Positions 47,070-59,139 of a DNA stretch of 64,000 bases are shown here, one piece after another. The stretch comes from Fistulifera solaris (Eukaryota): contig AP026141.1 in assembly GCA_030295235.1 (NCBI GenBank), forward strand, positions 1 through 64,000, written 5' to 3'. Position numbers and translations under genes: made by a program. The stretch's first letter is position 1. Each line of letters starts with the position of its first letter. The notes under the pieces were generated by a model. It was not told the DNA's origin. It did no database searches and saw only the letters and a program-made list of their open reading frames with translations.

Positions 47070-48918
47070 CTAGCTTGACTTGCTATTCAAATCTTTCGAA
47101 CTGGCGACGGAGATTCTTCGAAAGCTCTCATTTCCACCCGATGCCATTCGAAGACCCTCGTTTGTGCCCGATGCCCTTCGAAGACCCTCACCGGTTACCG
47201 ATTTTCTTCTAGCACTCTCTCCCGACACCTTTCGAGAGCTCGTACCCGATGGAAACAAAGCGCGCAAGCTTACTTTCTGAGAAGTTGCCGACTTTCGGAA
47301 GGATCGCCATGAGTTTTGGCGCAAAAATTTGGTGCGATCTGTAACTAATGTATCGTCTTCTTTACCCGTTTTCTGCCATTTCCATAGCTCTTGCTGTAGC
47401 TTGCGACTAATGACTTGAAACGGTGGACGCTTTTTCCAGTCGTGTGCCCAACTCTCGCACATGAGCGTTAGCAATGAATCGGGTAGCAAGTGAGTTAGTT
47501 TCGGAGGACGCTGTTGCTTGTGAATGATGCCATCGGTGAATTGCTTGAGAGTGCGGTAGTGGCTAAAGGGCTTCTCTAGGGAGAAGACTTCCCAGAACAC
47601 GAGTCCAAACGAGTACACATCGACACTCAACCCATACGGTTCACACATGACTACCTCCGGAGCCATATAACGGCGGCTCCCCGTCAAACCTGTAGCATTG
47701 TGGTAGATGTCTTCGTCCCCAATCTTGTCGTTCTCGTCGAACTCTTTGGCTAATCCAAAATCGAAAATTTGAATGGTCCCTCGGACGTTGAACCCGATGT
47801 TGTCTTTTGCGGAAAAAGGAAGCGAGAGTAAGAGGCATAATATATACGGAAGACCGATGACAGTTCTTGCTAAGCAAGCACAGTCACTTACCTGGTTTCA
47901 AGTCTCTGTAAACGACGCAATGGTTGTGAATGTGGCAAAGAGCTCGGGCGATATCCAGGCAAATCACCAAACGTTCTCGAAAGAGCACCGAGTCCACCGG
48001 TGGTTGTTTACACGAGCAGCTCTTTCCGTAGAGCTGAGAATAGGGCCCATATTCATCAGCCCACGATGTAATCTTTTCCTGCAAAGTGCAGGTCAACCGA
48101 TCGAGGAACAAGCCGTAGTCAGGCGATCCTGGACTACCGACAGTGGCACGCAATCGAATGATATTGGTGTGGTGCAATGCACGAAGATAGAGAGCCTCGC
48201 TGGCTAAATCGATAATGGCCATTTTGCGCTTGCTTTTCCCAATATCCGGTTTCACCGCTTTGAGTGCATAGCGCGGTTGACCATCGCGACGAGTACTCGC
48301 GGCTAAATTGGATCGGCTCAGGTGACGAGGTATATCTTCCAGCTTGTCGAATTCATCATCTTCGGTGTCTTCCAAGTCATCTTCACAGAATGTAGCTTCG
48401 GTAAAGTCCGGCAACGACGACGCCGATACCTCGAAACTACTCAACATTGCGTTGGTGAATGTCACCGAGCTCGTGGCGAACGATTTCTCAAACTGCCCTT
48501 CGTGTCGGATGGGTCTGATTTCGGGTAAAGCTTCAAAATCAATGATATGATGATGTCCAGGACTGCTCGACATGTCAAACTGATCTACTTTGCAGAACGA
48601 GCCGTGAGCTGCGGCAGCAGCATTCCGCATAAGACTACTAATGCTCTCATTACCATTGTGCAACATATTGATCGATTCCACCAGACAAACCAAACCGAAT
48701 TCTCCTGAACCAAGGACCTCTCCGATTTGAATTTCCGCCGGATTGAGACTCGGAACACCAGGTAGTTTTTGAAAGAGCTTGGAGTTTTCGGTTACTTGAT
48801 GTAAGTATCGTCGCGTTGTTTCCATGAGCTCCTTCTCCGGATCTCTTCCACTGCTGGGGCTGGGAAGCAAATCCTCGCGACTGAGATGAATCGAGTCTTC
48901 TTCGGCAACAGTCTCCAT
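47070..48918 (-). CDS. TKL-like protein kinase with a long insert after subdomain I; intron ~47891..47804
   Basis: LGSGEFGLV, YALK, YRDLKP|DNIGF, DFGLAKE, TGSRRYMAPE, DVYSFG. Confidence 0.92.
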
Positions 48919-49595
48919 AGCGATTGTGAATTGTGAGCAAGCAATAAGAATTGCAGTTTGATAAAAAGCGGCGAAATGGTTTTATAAAGCAGCAGTGAAT
49001 AATTTCAAAGCAAAGAGCTCGCGGCCTCCAAGTTCCTCAATTCAAACCAGAAGATTGGAAATGCAAGCGGCAAGCGGCAAGAAAAGATCCAAAATAGCAT
49101 GCCCTCGAGACATAAACAAGCTGCTCAGCGCTCCGCTTTTATTTGGCAATATCGGCATTTCGCGTTTTGCATAATGTTGACACCTTTCCACCATCGCTTT
49201 TCTTGACATCATGGCAGCTAACTAGTTCGGCAATGCAATCCATTGGGCGCTTTTAGTTAGATCGAATTCGAGTCTTGTGAAGTGTGACGCAAATCCTTTG
49301 AAAAGGGGTTAAGTAAATCACCTGACAATGGATGAGGGGCATAATACTGACGCACGGTTTGAGTGTACATTTTACTATGCAGTAACCTTTCATTACGAGA
49401 TTACGAGACATGACACATCATGGAACACGGAATCTTATTCAAATATTCAAAATTCAAAACTCGAAAAAAGGAAGACGTACTTGTAGCTCGTCTGTCTGTC
49501 ATCGAGCTATTGAAACTCAAATCTCTCGCGTAAATTTTATTATCGTCATTCATTTATCGATTCTTTCGATACCATCCGAGCAACATCATTTCTTC

Positions 49596-50811
49596 ATGTT
49601 CGTAATAGGAAGACGCGCTACTTCGGTCGCATCGCGAAGGCTTTACGTTGCGCGACCTTCCGTCGTCGTACACGTAAAAGCCTTGGCAACAACACAAGAA
49701 GCACAAATTGTTAGCGAACGACCTCATGGGGCTCTTTGGCTTCGTCAACAACAAGAACTCGAGGAATTAGAAAGAAAGCTTAACAAATCGCTTGAGGAGT
49801 ATCAACGCTTACTTTCAAAAAGCGGCAATACTGCAGTCAGCGACAAATCCGTTAGTTTGATTGGCGCACTTCACAAAATTGCTAATTGCTACGAAGATTT
49901 GGAATATTGGGACGAAGCGTTGCGAATTGAAGAGGAAATACGAAAGCAAATTTTGAACGATAAGGAATCGTCGACATTAACAAGCAATGAACAACTGGCA
50001 GCCAGTTCTTATCGGATAGGCAAATTACATCATCGGCAAGAAAAGTGGCAACTCGCCCACCGTTATTACGACGAAGCATTGGAGCTGCATAGGGATCAAG
50101 TGAAACGAGGGCAAGTTTACATTTCGATCGCTGGTATTCATTTTCATCGTGGAGACTATCAGAAAGCGTTGCAAACATTGCAGGAGCAAGCGGAACCGTG
50201 TTTTCCCCCCTCACGATATGGGGCTATTTAAATGTATTCAACACGAAGGACTGATCTATCGCACATTAGAAAACTTCGAGGAGGCGCTCAATAGCTATCA
50301 GAAAGCATCTGAGATCCTGGAAATGCAAGAGAGCATTGATGACACTATAAAACGGGAGTTGGATTTGGATACGGCGGACATGTTGACAGCCTGTGACCAT
50401 TTGGATGAGGCTTTGGGTTTGTATGTCGACATTCTTGAACGCACGCGCAATTGCAACGACTTTGATGATGAAGAAAGTCAACCATTTGAAGCTGTCATTC
50501 TTCATAACATAGGAAAGATCCACGCCCGAAAGGGTGAATTGGAAGAGGCTGTAGGAAACTTAAGCCGAGCAGTCGATTTAAAGGAACACTGGCTTGGAGA
50601 GTTTCACCCTGAACTCGGAAAGACGCTTTCAGCACTGGGTGCCGTCTACGGTGTCGTGAAAGAAAAACAAAAAGCGCTTCAGTGCTTTCAAAAAGCTTTA
50701 TTGATAGCGAGAATGCACGCCGACGACGAAGACGATCCAGACGTATTCTTGGCACTTCGAAATATTGGCGTTTTAAAAGGCGAAGTAAATCAAGACAAAA
50801 CGAACGAATAA
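49596..50811 (+). CDS. TPR-repeat protein with probable mitochondrial presequence (frameshift ~50205)
   Basis: Kinesin-light-chain-type TPRs (LHNIGKIH..GELEEA, LGEFHPELGKTLSALGAVY); R/S-rich N-terminus. Confidence 0.8.
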
Positions 50812-50958
50812 AGATGGCACGTCAAGACTTGCGAACAGCTTCCTATTGCTGTGACCCAAAGCTGACGACTTATCCATGATTTATAGAAGATTATCGGATA
50901 GTTGCACTTAAACATAGTGATGAACGATGCACAACACAAAAAGTTGAGTCAGCACTCA

Positions 50959-53900
50959 CTAGCGCTTGCTCTCGATCAAATTGAGATGAGTCTTGGGCAG
51001 AGGGCCCTGGTTGGCAGCATTGTGCGCATCAGGAGTGGCATCGAAACGAGCGTCATAATTCATGTCATCAGTATCTTCACCCAAGCTAGACAAGTAGCGG
51101 CGAACCGATTTCTCCGTCTCCATGATAATCAAAACTGCCACCATAAAAACAGCAACGATTCCCCACTGCATACCATCCATAGGAGCCATTTCGAAAATGA
51201 TTTCATTTACTCCAGGAGTGTACGTGATGAACACTTGCAAAAGAGTCATAATAGCGTATGAGTACCATGCGAGAGGGTTTCCCGACAAAGAGCGCTGGTG
51301 GAAAGCACTGTTGTAGGCGAAACGAGCACTGATAGTGATCGCAACAGCTCCGAAAGACAAAGTGTTCAAGGCTTGCGAGTGGAAATCGTCCTGGGTGTAG
51401 TCTCCCAAAGACTTGAGCCAGAAAACGGAACCGACAGTCGACGTAACCAATGCGATTGTACCGATGGCGATACGGAGAAGAAGGAAGCGGCCAATTAGGC
51501 GTTTGCCAACACGACGAGGTGGCTTCGTCATGATTCCGTCTTCTGCAGGCTCGACGGCGGCAACAAAGCCAAGCGTGACCGCACAAATCAAGTTGCAATA
51601 GAGCACCTGAATGGGAGTTAAGGGACTCTGCTCCAAACCACAGATGATACCAAATAGAACCGAGAGACCCTGGGCGTTGTTGATAGGAGTATTGATCATC
51701 AACACCTTGCGGAGATTGTCCCAGACGACACGTCCTTCACGGACAGCAGTAACAATAGTTGCAAAGTTGTCATCGGCAAGAATCATTTCGGAAGCTTCAC
51801 GGGCTACATCTGTACCTTCCTTGCCCATCGCAACACCCACTAAGGAAAGGGAATTGTATGTTAGCTTTGCCATGTGCAAATTGACAAAAAGTGACGGCTT
51901 GGTTACTTACTGTCAGCAGCCTTCAACGCCGGAGCATCGTTCACTCCATCTCCGGTCATACTGCAAACCTCGCCCTGAGCTTGAAGCGCTTTGACGATTT
52001 GAATCTTGTTTTCAGGTGACGCTCGGGCGAACACATTGTACTTCATGACAGCCAATTTCATCTCCTCTTCACTCAAGACGTCGATTTCAGGGCCAGTGAT
52101 AGCGTCCGAATGCTTTTCATCGACAATTCCCAATTGAGTACCGATGGCAAGAGCCGTATCCTTGTGGTCACCAGTAATCATGGCAACACGCACACCTGCA
52201 GTGTGGGCCGTCGCAATAGCGTCGATGCACTCGGGACGAGGAGGATCTTGAATAGCGCAAACACCCATGATGGTGAGCCAAGGCTCGTCGCGCCCGCTGA
52301 CCCACTCCGGCTTTAACTGGTCGCCCTTGCTGACAGAATCCGTATCAACAGGACCACGACAGAGTGCCAAACATCGAAGACCATGGGACGAAAGAATCGC
52401 AATTTGCTCGGTCCAGTATTTAATATCAATAGGTTCCTTTTCACCCAAAAGACCAGCTTTGGCCTGGTACTTGCAGAATCGGATCAAACGATCAGGTGCA
52501 CCCTTGACATGAGCAACGTACTTGCCGTCAAATTCACTTCCATCATTTTCCGCTCGGGGCTCGTGAACAGTGGCCATGAACTTGTACTCGGAGTTGAAAG
52601 GGACCTCGGCCAAGATCGGGGCGTCGCGTTTCATGCCAGTCACGTCAATATCCGAAAAGTAGGAAGCTCGGAGAATCGAAAGTTCAGTCGGGTTACCAAT
52701 CTCACCTTTAAAATGGGTGTGAGAATACATGCCACCAACCTCTGATGCACAACAGCACGTCAAAGTTATCTTACCTTCGCGACCACCATCCTTTCCAAGA
52801 CTGCATTTACTGCAGAGAACACCTCCAGCCAAAGCATTGCGAATGAAGTTCAGAGACGGCGATTCTCCATTGCTGACAGGAGTGGGATCCGAGACCTTGT
52901 TGGCGGCACCACTTCCATCTGGCAATTCTTCACCCTGCGAGAATTCCGAGTGTCCAGAAGCGCCATGCATCGAAAAGCCAAAGTCTGACTTGGCACGGTC
53001 GCCGTTGGCGCGAGAAGCACTGGGTCCAGACTGAATGACGGACTTGGCGGACTTTTTTCAAAGCGTGAGCGGCACGTTCTGCCAAGTACGAGTCCTCACG
53101 ACGAAAGTTGACGGCGGAACGTTTCTTGCTGTCCACATCAAACTTGTAGTGAGCGTTCGACGTGACGTAAGCAACGAGCGACATTTCGTTTTTGGTGAGG
53201 GTACCCGTCTTGTCGGAGCAAATGGTAGTGACGGACCCAAGAGTTTCGACGGAAGGAAGAACACGAATAATGGCGTTGTGCTTGGCCATGGTAGCTACGG
53301 ACCACGAGTAAGTCATGGTGACAATGGCGTCAAGACCTTCGGGGATCATGGCAACAGCGCAAGTAAGGGCAATGGTTAGCGCGTCCATGTAACTTGCATC
53401 AATCTGCACGACGGCGACCGTCCAGGTAATAATGGCAACAATGGAGATGAAAGTAGCGAGTACCTTGGCAATGAACGCAATCTGTTCCAACACCGCCGTT
53501 TTCTTCTCTTCCGAGTTGTTGACGAGCTTGTTGATGGTACCAATCTCCGTGTAGTCACCCGTAGCCGCCACAATACCGACGGCGTATCCTTGCGACACGA
53601 GTGTAGCACTGAAGCACATGTTCTTGCGGTCACCAAGAGGCGTCTGACGGGGATCTTGTCCTGGGACGACAATGGCATCCGTCGACTTTTCAATGGGAAC
53701 CGACTCACCCGTCAAGGCGGCTTCGAGCGAAGACAAGTTGTTGACTTCAATCATGCGAATGTCGCCGGGGATGCGGTCACCCGTGTTCAAGATGACAATA
53801 TCACCGGGGACGACTTCCTTGGCAGGTACCTTCGTTTCTTTTCCGTCTCGGATGACGACGGCATCCGCGGAAAGCATGTTCTTGAGTGCTTCGGCAGCGG

Positions 53901-54382
53901 CCTCCGCCGATCCTTCTTGATAGATACCGATGCACGTGTTGAGCCTGAGAGAAAGAAAGAGGAGGAAGATGTATGAGTCACCTGAGCGATAACAAGAGAG
54001 ATTGCAATGCCGCAAATAGAACTTACGTGATGACAAAGGTAATGAGACCGACTTCAATAAAGTTCGTCAACTTGTCTTCTGCCTTATCGGTGATGATTCC
54101 CTTGATGAGAGAAACGACGAGAACAAAGACCAAGATTCCCACCAAAACGTTGCCGACCTGTTTCCAGATACGCTGCAACAAAGTCTTCTTTTCCTTCTCC
54201 GTGAGTTCGTTGTAACCGTAACGTTCCAAGCGTTCTTGAGCTTCCTTGGTCGTCAAACCAGTTTGACGAATGTTGGGATTGACACCCAACTGCGCAAAGA
54301 CTTCTTCTTTCGTCATCGCATGAAACTGCGGCTCATCCGAGCGATCCTTCTCTTCCGCAACATTTGCTTGTTTCGGCGGCAT
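50959..54382 (-). CDS. P-type (P2, CtpF/PMA1-like) cation-transporting ATPase; introns near 54.0, 52.75 and 51.87 kb; frameshift ~53055
   Basis: [69 protein letters not shown]. Substrate cannot be determined by eye. Confidence 0.92.
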
Positions 54383-54517
54383 CGTGAAGAACGTAAGTCA
54401 ATAGAATCAAAAACGAAAATAGAGCAATCTCTTTTACGAATGATGTCGTTCTCGAAAATATGAGAGAAATAAAAATGATTGTGGTGGACGCCGAACTCTT
54501 GCTTGAAAATCGTTGCA

Positions 54518-54903
54518 ACGTCACAAAAAGCGTTTGTCACTTTTTTACTGTCGCCTTTCAGAGATTCTTACGTCAGCAAACGTCAGCGATTATTTTGCCT
54601 CCCACGTAGACTTACGTAGTAGAAAACTGAGAAAATGTAAGGTTAGGGATTCGGAAGCTGGATTTTCAGTGCTTACGTCATCAGAATCGAATGGAACTCC
54701 GCAGCAACTTGAGGTTGGGCTCCCAACTTTGGTAGGGGTGAGGATTCGGAAGCTGGATTTTTGTGCTTACGTCACAGCTTGGGAGGAAAACACCGCACCC
54801 AACTACACATTGCGCTACACACCAAAAACCGTATGGCCCTGGCCACATCATCAATTGAAGATTCAACAAAAACAGTGTTCAACGAGATGGTGGAACGACG
54901 TCA
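54518..54903 (-). promoter_or_regulatory. Cluster of six TGACGT (ACGTCA on +) bZIP-type boxes upstream of the ATPase, two within a ~33-bp direct repeat
   Basis: ACGTCA at 54518, 54570, 54580, 54675, 54769 and 54898. GGATTCGGAAGCTGGATTTT..GTGCTTACGTCA at 54647 and 54742. Confidence 0.55.
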
Positions 54904-55358
54904 GCTTGATGTGTTGACACGTTGACACCTTGGAGGTTCATCGCACAGTTCTCTCGAGAGCAAGCTCGGGATGGAGGAGACAAGGCGGATAAGAATTAGT
55001 GAAAGAATCGACTCGTGACGAGCCTAAAGACATCATGCCAATCGAGACTGGTCTATGATTCACTGTTTGACAAAAGTTTTGGTTTTAAATAGTATTCACT
55101 TGGCCTTGAAATACTCTTGTACCAATCAAAAGGAAGAGCTGCAGTGATCAAGTGATTCAAAGCACAAAAGCAACATAATTTCTATTGTTGTGCTAAGTTC
55201 TAAAATCTCGAGGAAGAGATCGCATCGTTTTAAGATTGCTAATCCATCTCATCTTATTTTTCTAGTATCATCGTTTCTAAGAGGTCCGTGGGTAAATTAT
55301 CGAGTAAGATTTCGATTAACCTTTAGATCAGAGATGTTGAAAACAGACCACGGACCGT

Positions 55359-57078
55359 TTATTCTTTAGCATTAATAGGGGAAGAATGCGTGAGTTGATA
55401 CTGTCGCAGAGCAAAGTAGCCTGTAGCAGATAGAAGCATCGCCGCTGACGACTGCATAGCGATCAGATTTCCCGTAAGATCCGCCAAGATACCGGTCATG
55501 CTGGCCCCAATGAGGAAGCCAACATCCCCGCCGGTGCGAAGCATCGCAATGGCTTGGGCACGATGAGACGGTTTCACTATATCACTGGTGTAAGAGACGG
55601 GAGCCGTACTGAGCATACTGCTACCGGCGGCCCATAAGGCCAAGCATGGAGCCAAAGTCGTCACATGGGTGAGTTGCGAAGGTAGTGCTATCATGGCGGT
55701 ACTGATCAATGTACAGCCGGCCACCATGGCGGGTACTTTCCCGAATCGATCCGCACCGCTAGCAAAAATGGGATTGCCCACAATTTGAATCATGGACATG
55801 CCCATGTACACTTGTCCCACTTGAAAGGCAGAGAGATTCATTTGTTCCGTCAACACAAGTGGCAGTAATGTCATTTGCGAGCCCGATAAGCTGATCCAGT
55901 ACGCCATATTCATGAATAGAACCGTTCGAAGTTTCGGATCTTGGAAACAAGGGCCACCATTGTCCGAGCGCATTCTGTACTTCGGTGGATATCGATGGCG
56001 ATGATGTAGTGGCACTGGTCGTAGTGTTTGTTGTTGATTCTGAGAGTAAACTCGTTTCTTCGAATTTCGGCGACGTTTCTTTCAGCAGAAAGCGATTCAA
56101 TGTCGCTACACCCACATAAGAACACGCAACTGTCGCGAACGTCGCTTGCAATCCAGCGGCATCCACCATATAACCGCCCAAAGCCGGTCCTAGTGCCGTC
56201 CCGGCCGCAAATGCACTCATGATCGGCGCCAAAGTACTAGCTCGATTGAGTGGTGTACTGTTGTCTGTGATCATCAACGTTCCCGCCGTACTCAACGCTG
56301 CTACCCCCAAGCCGGTGAACAAACGACACAAATACAATTGTTCAAAATTGGCCGCCCATCCCATCCCGCCCACCGCCACAGCAATGACTCCCAAACTATA
56401 GGTCATGTACGGCTTCCGTCCATGTCGTTCGACCAAGACCGCAGCCGGTATATTGCCCATCATTTTCGCCAAACCAAAGGCACTGACCACCGTTCCGTAT
56501 TGCCCGGCGGTCAACTGAAGTTGTTGTACGACAAATGGCATAGCCGGTGTGGTGACGCCAACACTCGTGCCGACCAGTAACATACTAACAATAATTGGCC
56601 ATGTTTGTTGCCAATCGACGCTAGAAGCGCGTTCGTGCAAAGCCTGAACGAATTGATCGCGTGTCAAGTGTGGCGGTTGCGGATTGTCGTTTGTGTCAGT
56701 GTCGGCGCCTCCGAGGGCTTGCCATATTTCCTGAAATTCGCTGGATTTCGTGTAGTTGATTTCCTCGAAAAATGATTGAGTCGAAGGCGCAATTGGAGGA
56801 CGATGAAATAAATAATCATGTAATTCTTGCTGTGACAGTTGATTGTGTTGTAATTTGGGGATGCGATCGTATACTTGTTGCATTTCTTGTGTTGTAAAGG
56901 ATTCTAAGCCTAACGATCGATACAATTGCTGCGTAGAAATGGTTCGCTTGTGGGTCAATGACAAAGAAGGACTCCGTATGCGCAATGATAGGGAAGACGA
57001 CAAGGATGAGGAACCCAAGAAAGAGCCCTTGCCATTTCTCGGTCGTTTCCCGAAGGAGCGTATGAATTTATAGCTCAT
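55359..57078 (-). CDS. MFS transporter (DHA1-like) with N-terminal extension (frameshift ~55945)
   Basis: AVLVERHGRK motif A, RLFTGLG, GTALGPALGG motif C, GADRFGK, GFLIGA; about 12 hydrophobic segments over two ORFs. Confidence 0.88.
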
Positions 57079-57269
57079 ACTTTTCTTCTGTAGTTATTAT
57101 GCAAGGCATGTATCTTGTTTCATTTCCTTGAAAGCGTTTCCTATGAAACTTTAAGTTTGACGTTGTTCTTAATGTAATTATGCTCAGCGATGTTGGCTTT
57201 TTTGTTGTTGTGGCTTCGTTTGCTTTCTGGGCGGCGCAAAAGAAATGCCGCGCGTGTTTGAAACAGTTG

Positions 57270-57790
57270 ACACGATATCCGGGTTCTCCTACATCGATAA
57301 ATTTCCTACGGCGGCTACGTATTTTAGGCGTAGACTTTCAACACATTGCATTGTTGCTCTTTTGTTCGTTTGGCGATCGCTTTGGTGTCGTTTATTAATT
57401 ATCGGAGAGATCTATTATTAAAGGTGAACCCAAGATGATTCATTTTGTTGGAAGGAAGCTCAACATTGGATGAGGTGAAATTTACACCATTTCCGGGTTT
57501 CCCTCTGTCGATAAATTTCCTACGGGGCCTACGTAGCTTACGCGCAGGATTTCAAAGCGATGCCTTTTTGCTCTATTATACCATTTTGCTATTTACAAAA
57601 TGATTTGACAATACGATTAATGCTGTTATTTTGAGGTTATAATGACATTTGAGTCAAACCGAGCCAAGAATGTGTTAAGACAAAAAATCCACAATGTCTG
57701 GGCACCACTACATCGATAAATATCCTACGGTGGCTACGTCTTAGCGCGTAGACTTTCAAATCGTTGCATCGTTGCTCTTTTGTTCATTTG
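57270..57790. repeat. Three degenerate family-B monomers
   Basis: (C)CGGGT..TCGATAAAT(T/A)TCCTACGG..CTACGT cores at ~57278, 57493 and 57698. Confidence 0.82.
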
Positions 57791-57911
57791 ATTTAAAAAA
57801 TAGATTTGAATTTTGAGCTGCATACACGGATAGTCAATTGTTTTTACTTTTTAAGGTGGTGCTAATTTTCTTGTAGCTAGCAACTTTGCTTGTAACCTTA
57901 TACGGCGTACT

Positions 57912-57992
57912 GGAAAGGACGTTAAAATTCTGCCTCCCAGTACAAATTGCTACGTAGCGCCTACGGCGAGGCAGAATTTTAACGTCGTTTCC
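57912..57992. repeat. Inverted repeat with 25-bp arms (19 bp perfect) and a 31-bp loop containing the palindrome GCTACGTAGC
   Basis: GACGTTAAAATTCTGCCTC (57918-57936) is the reverse complement of GAGGCAGAATTTTAACGTC (57968-57986). Confidence 0.9.
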
Positions 57993-58104
57993 TGGAGTAA
58001 TTATAAATTCTTAGCGACCGTGCAAGTGCAATAACGTACGTACAACGGACAAAGACCTATAGCTATAGTATCTGCGGAATACACGATTAAGCGTTCATCG
58101 CCGA

Positions 58105-58525
58105 TACTCTGGAACCGTGGTTGCGATCATAGCGAGATTCTGCGGGCAATCCGGAAATTCTGGAATCGGTGGTTGCGATCATACCGAAAATCCAGAAATT
58201 CTGGAATCGGCGGTTGCGATCATACCGAGCGTCGAGCGTCTGTGAATGTCCAACATTTCTTAATTCCGTGGTTGCGCTAAAACAGACATTTATTTTGTAA
58301 AAGTTCCAGAAATTCTGGAATTGGTGTTTGCGATCATACAGAAGTTTTGCGGCTGTTCAAGAAATTCTGAATCGGTGTTTGCGATCATAAATCATACCGA
58401 GTGTCTGTGATCGTTCCAGCAACTCTGAAATTCCCTGGTTGCGATACAACAAACATTCTATAAAATTTCCAGAAATTCTGGAATCGGTGTTTGCGATCAC
58501 ACAGAATTTCTGTAATCATTGGTTG
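58105..58525. repeat. Second array of the ~52-bp family-A repeat
   Basis: Repeated CCAGAAATTCTGGAATCGGTG(G/T)TTGCGATCATAC, same orientation as 23360-24200. Confidence 0.88.
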
Positions 58526-59139
58526 CGCGCTCGACTTGAGTGTCTTAGAGATCTCGAAGATTCTAGCTTACACATTTGATAGAAATTTACTCGTCTCCTG
58601 CCTCGACATTTAGAAATTAAAGCGGCGCCAACGAGCGGCGTTAGCCGCCGACATGAGAGTCTAAGAGATCTCTCTTCTCCGGTTGACGACACCGGAGGGG
58701 CGAGGTTCGATACTTGTACGGTGGTTGGTCGATCTTGGCGCCCGGCGCCGTAGATGAGAGTCTTGAGACGATCGGTGGTCCCCGGTCGTGTCTGAATCAG
58801 ATAGGAGCCCCTCTGCTCACTGCTAACATGCGTGACCTGGCAACGGTTCGATGTTCAATGGATTTCATCCACCGTACACTGTACTGGGTTTGTTGTTTTT
58901 CTCTAGCTTGTATTAGGGATTCGGTTCTCTTGTAGGGATAGGACGTAAGCATAGTAAATTCTGGCCATTACTCTCTATAGACTACTTGATACATCTGATA
59001 AAAATTCAGTTAGACTACTCGTCTCCTGCATCGACGTTTTGAGATTGACGCTGGTGGCGCCAGCCACCAATGAGCGGCGCTAGCCGCCGACTTGAGAGTC
59101 TCGAGATCTCTATAGTCTAGCTTACACATATAAAAAAAT

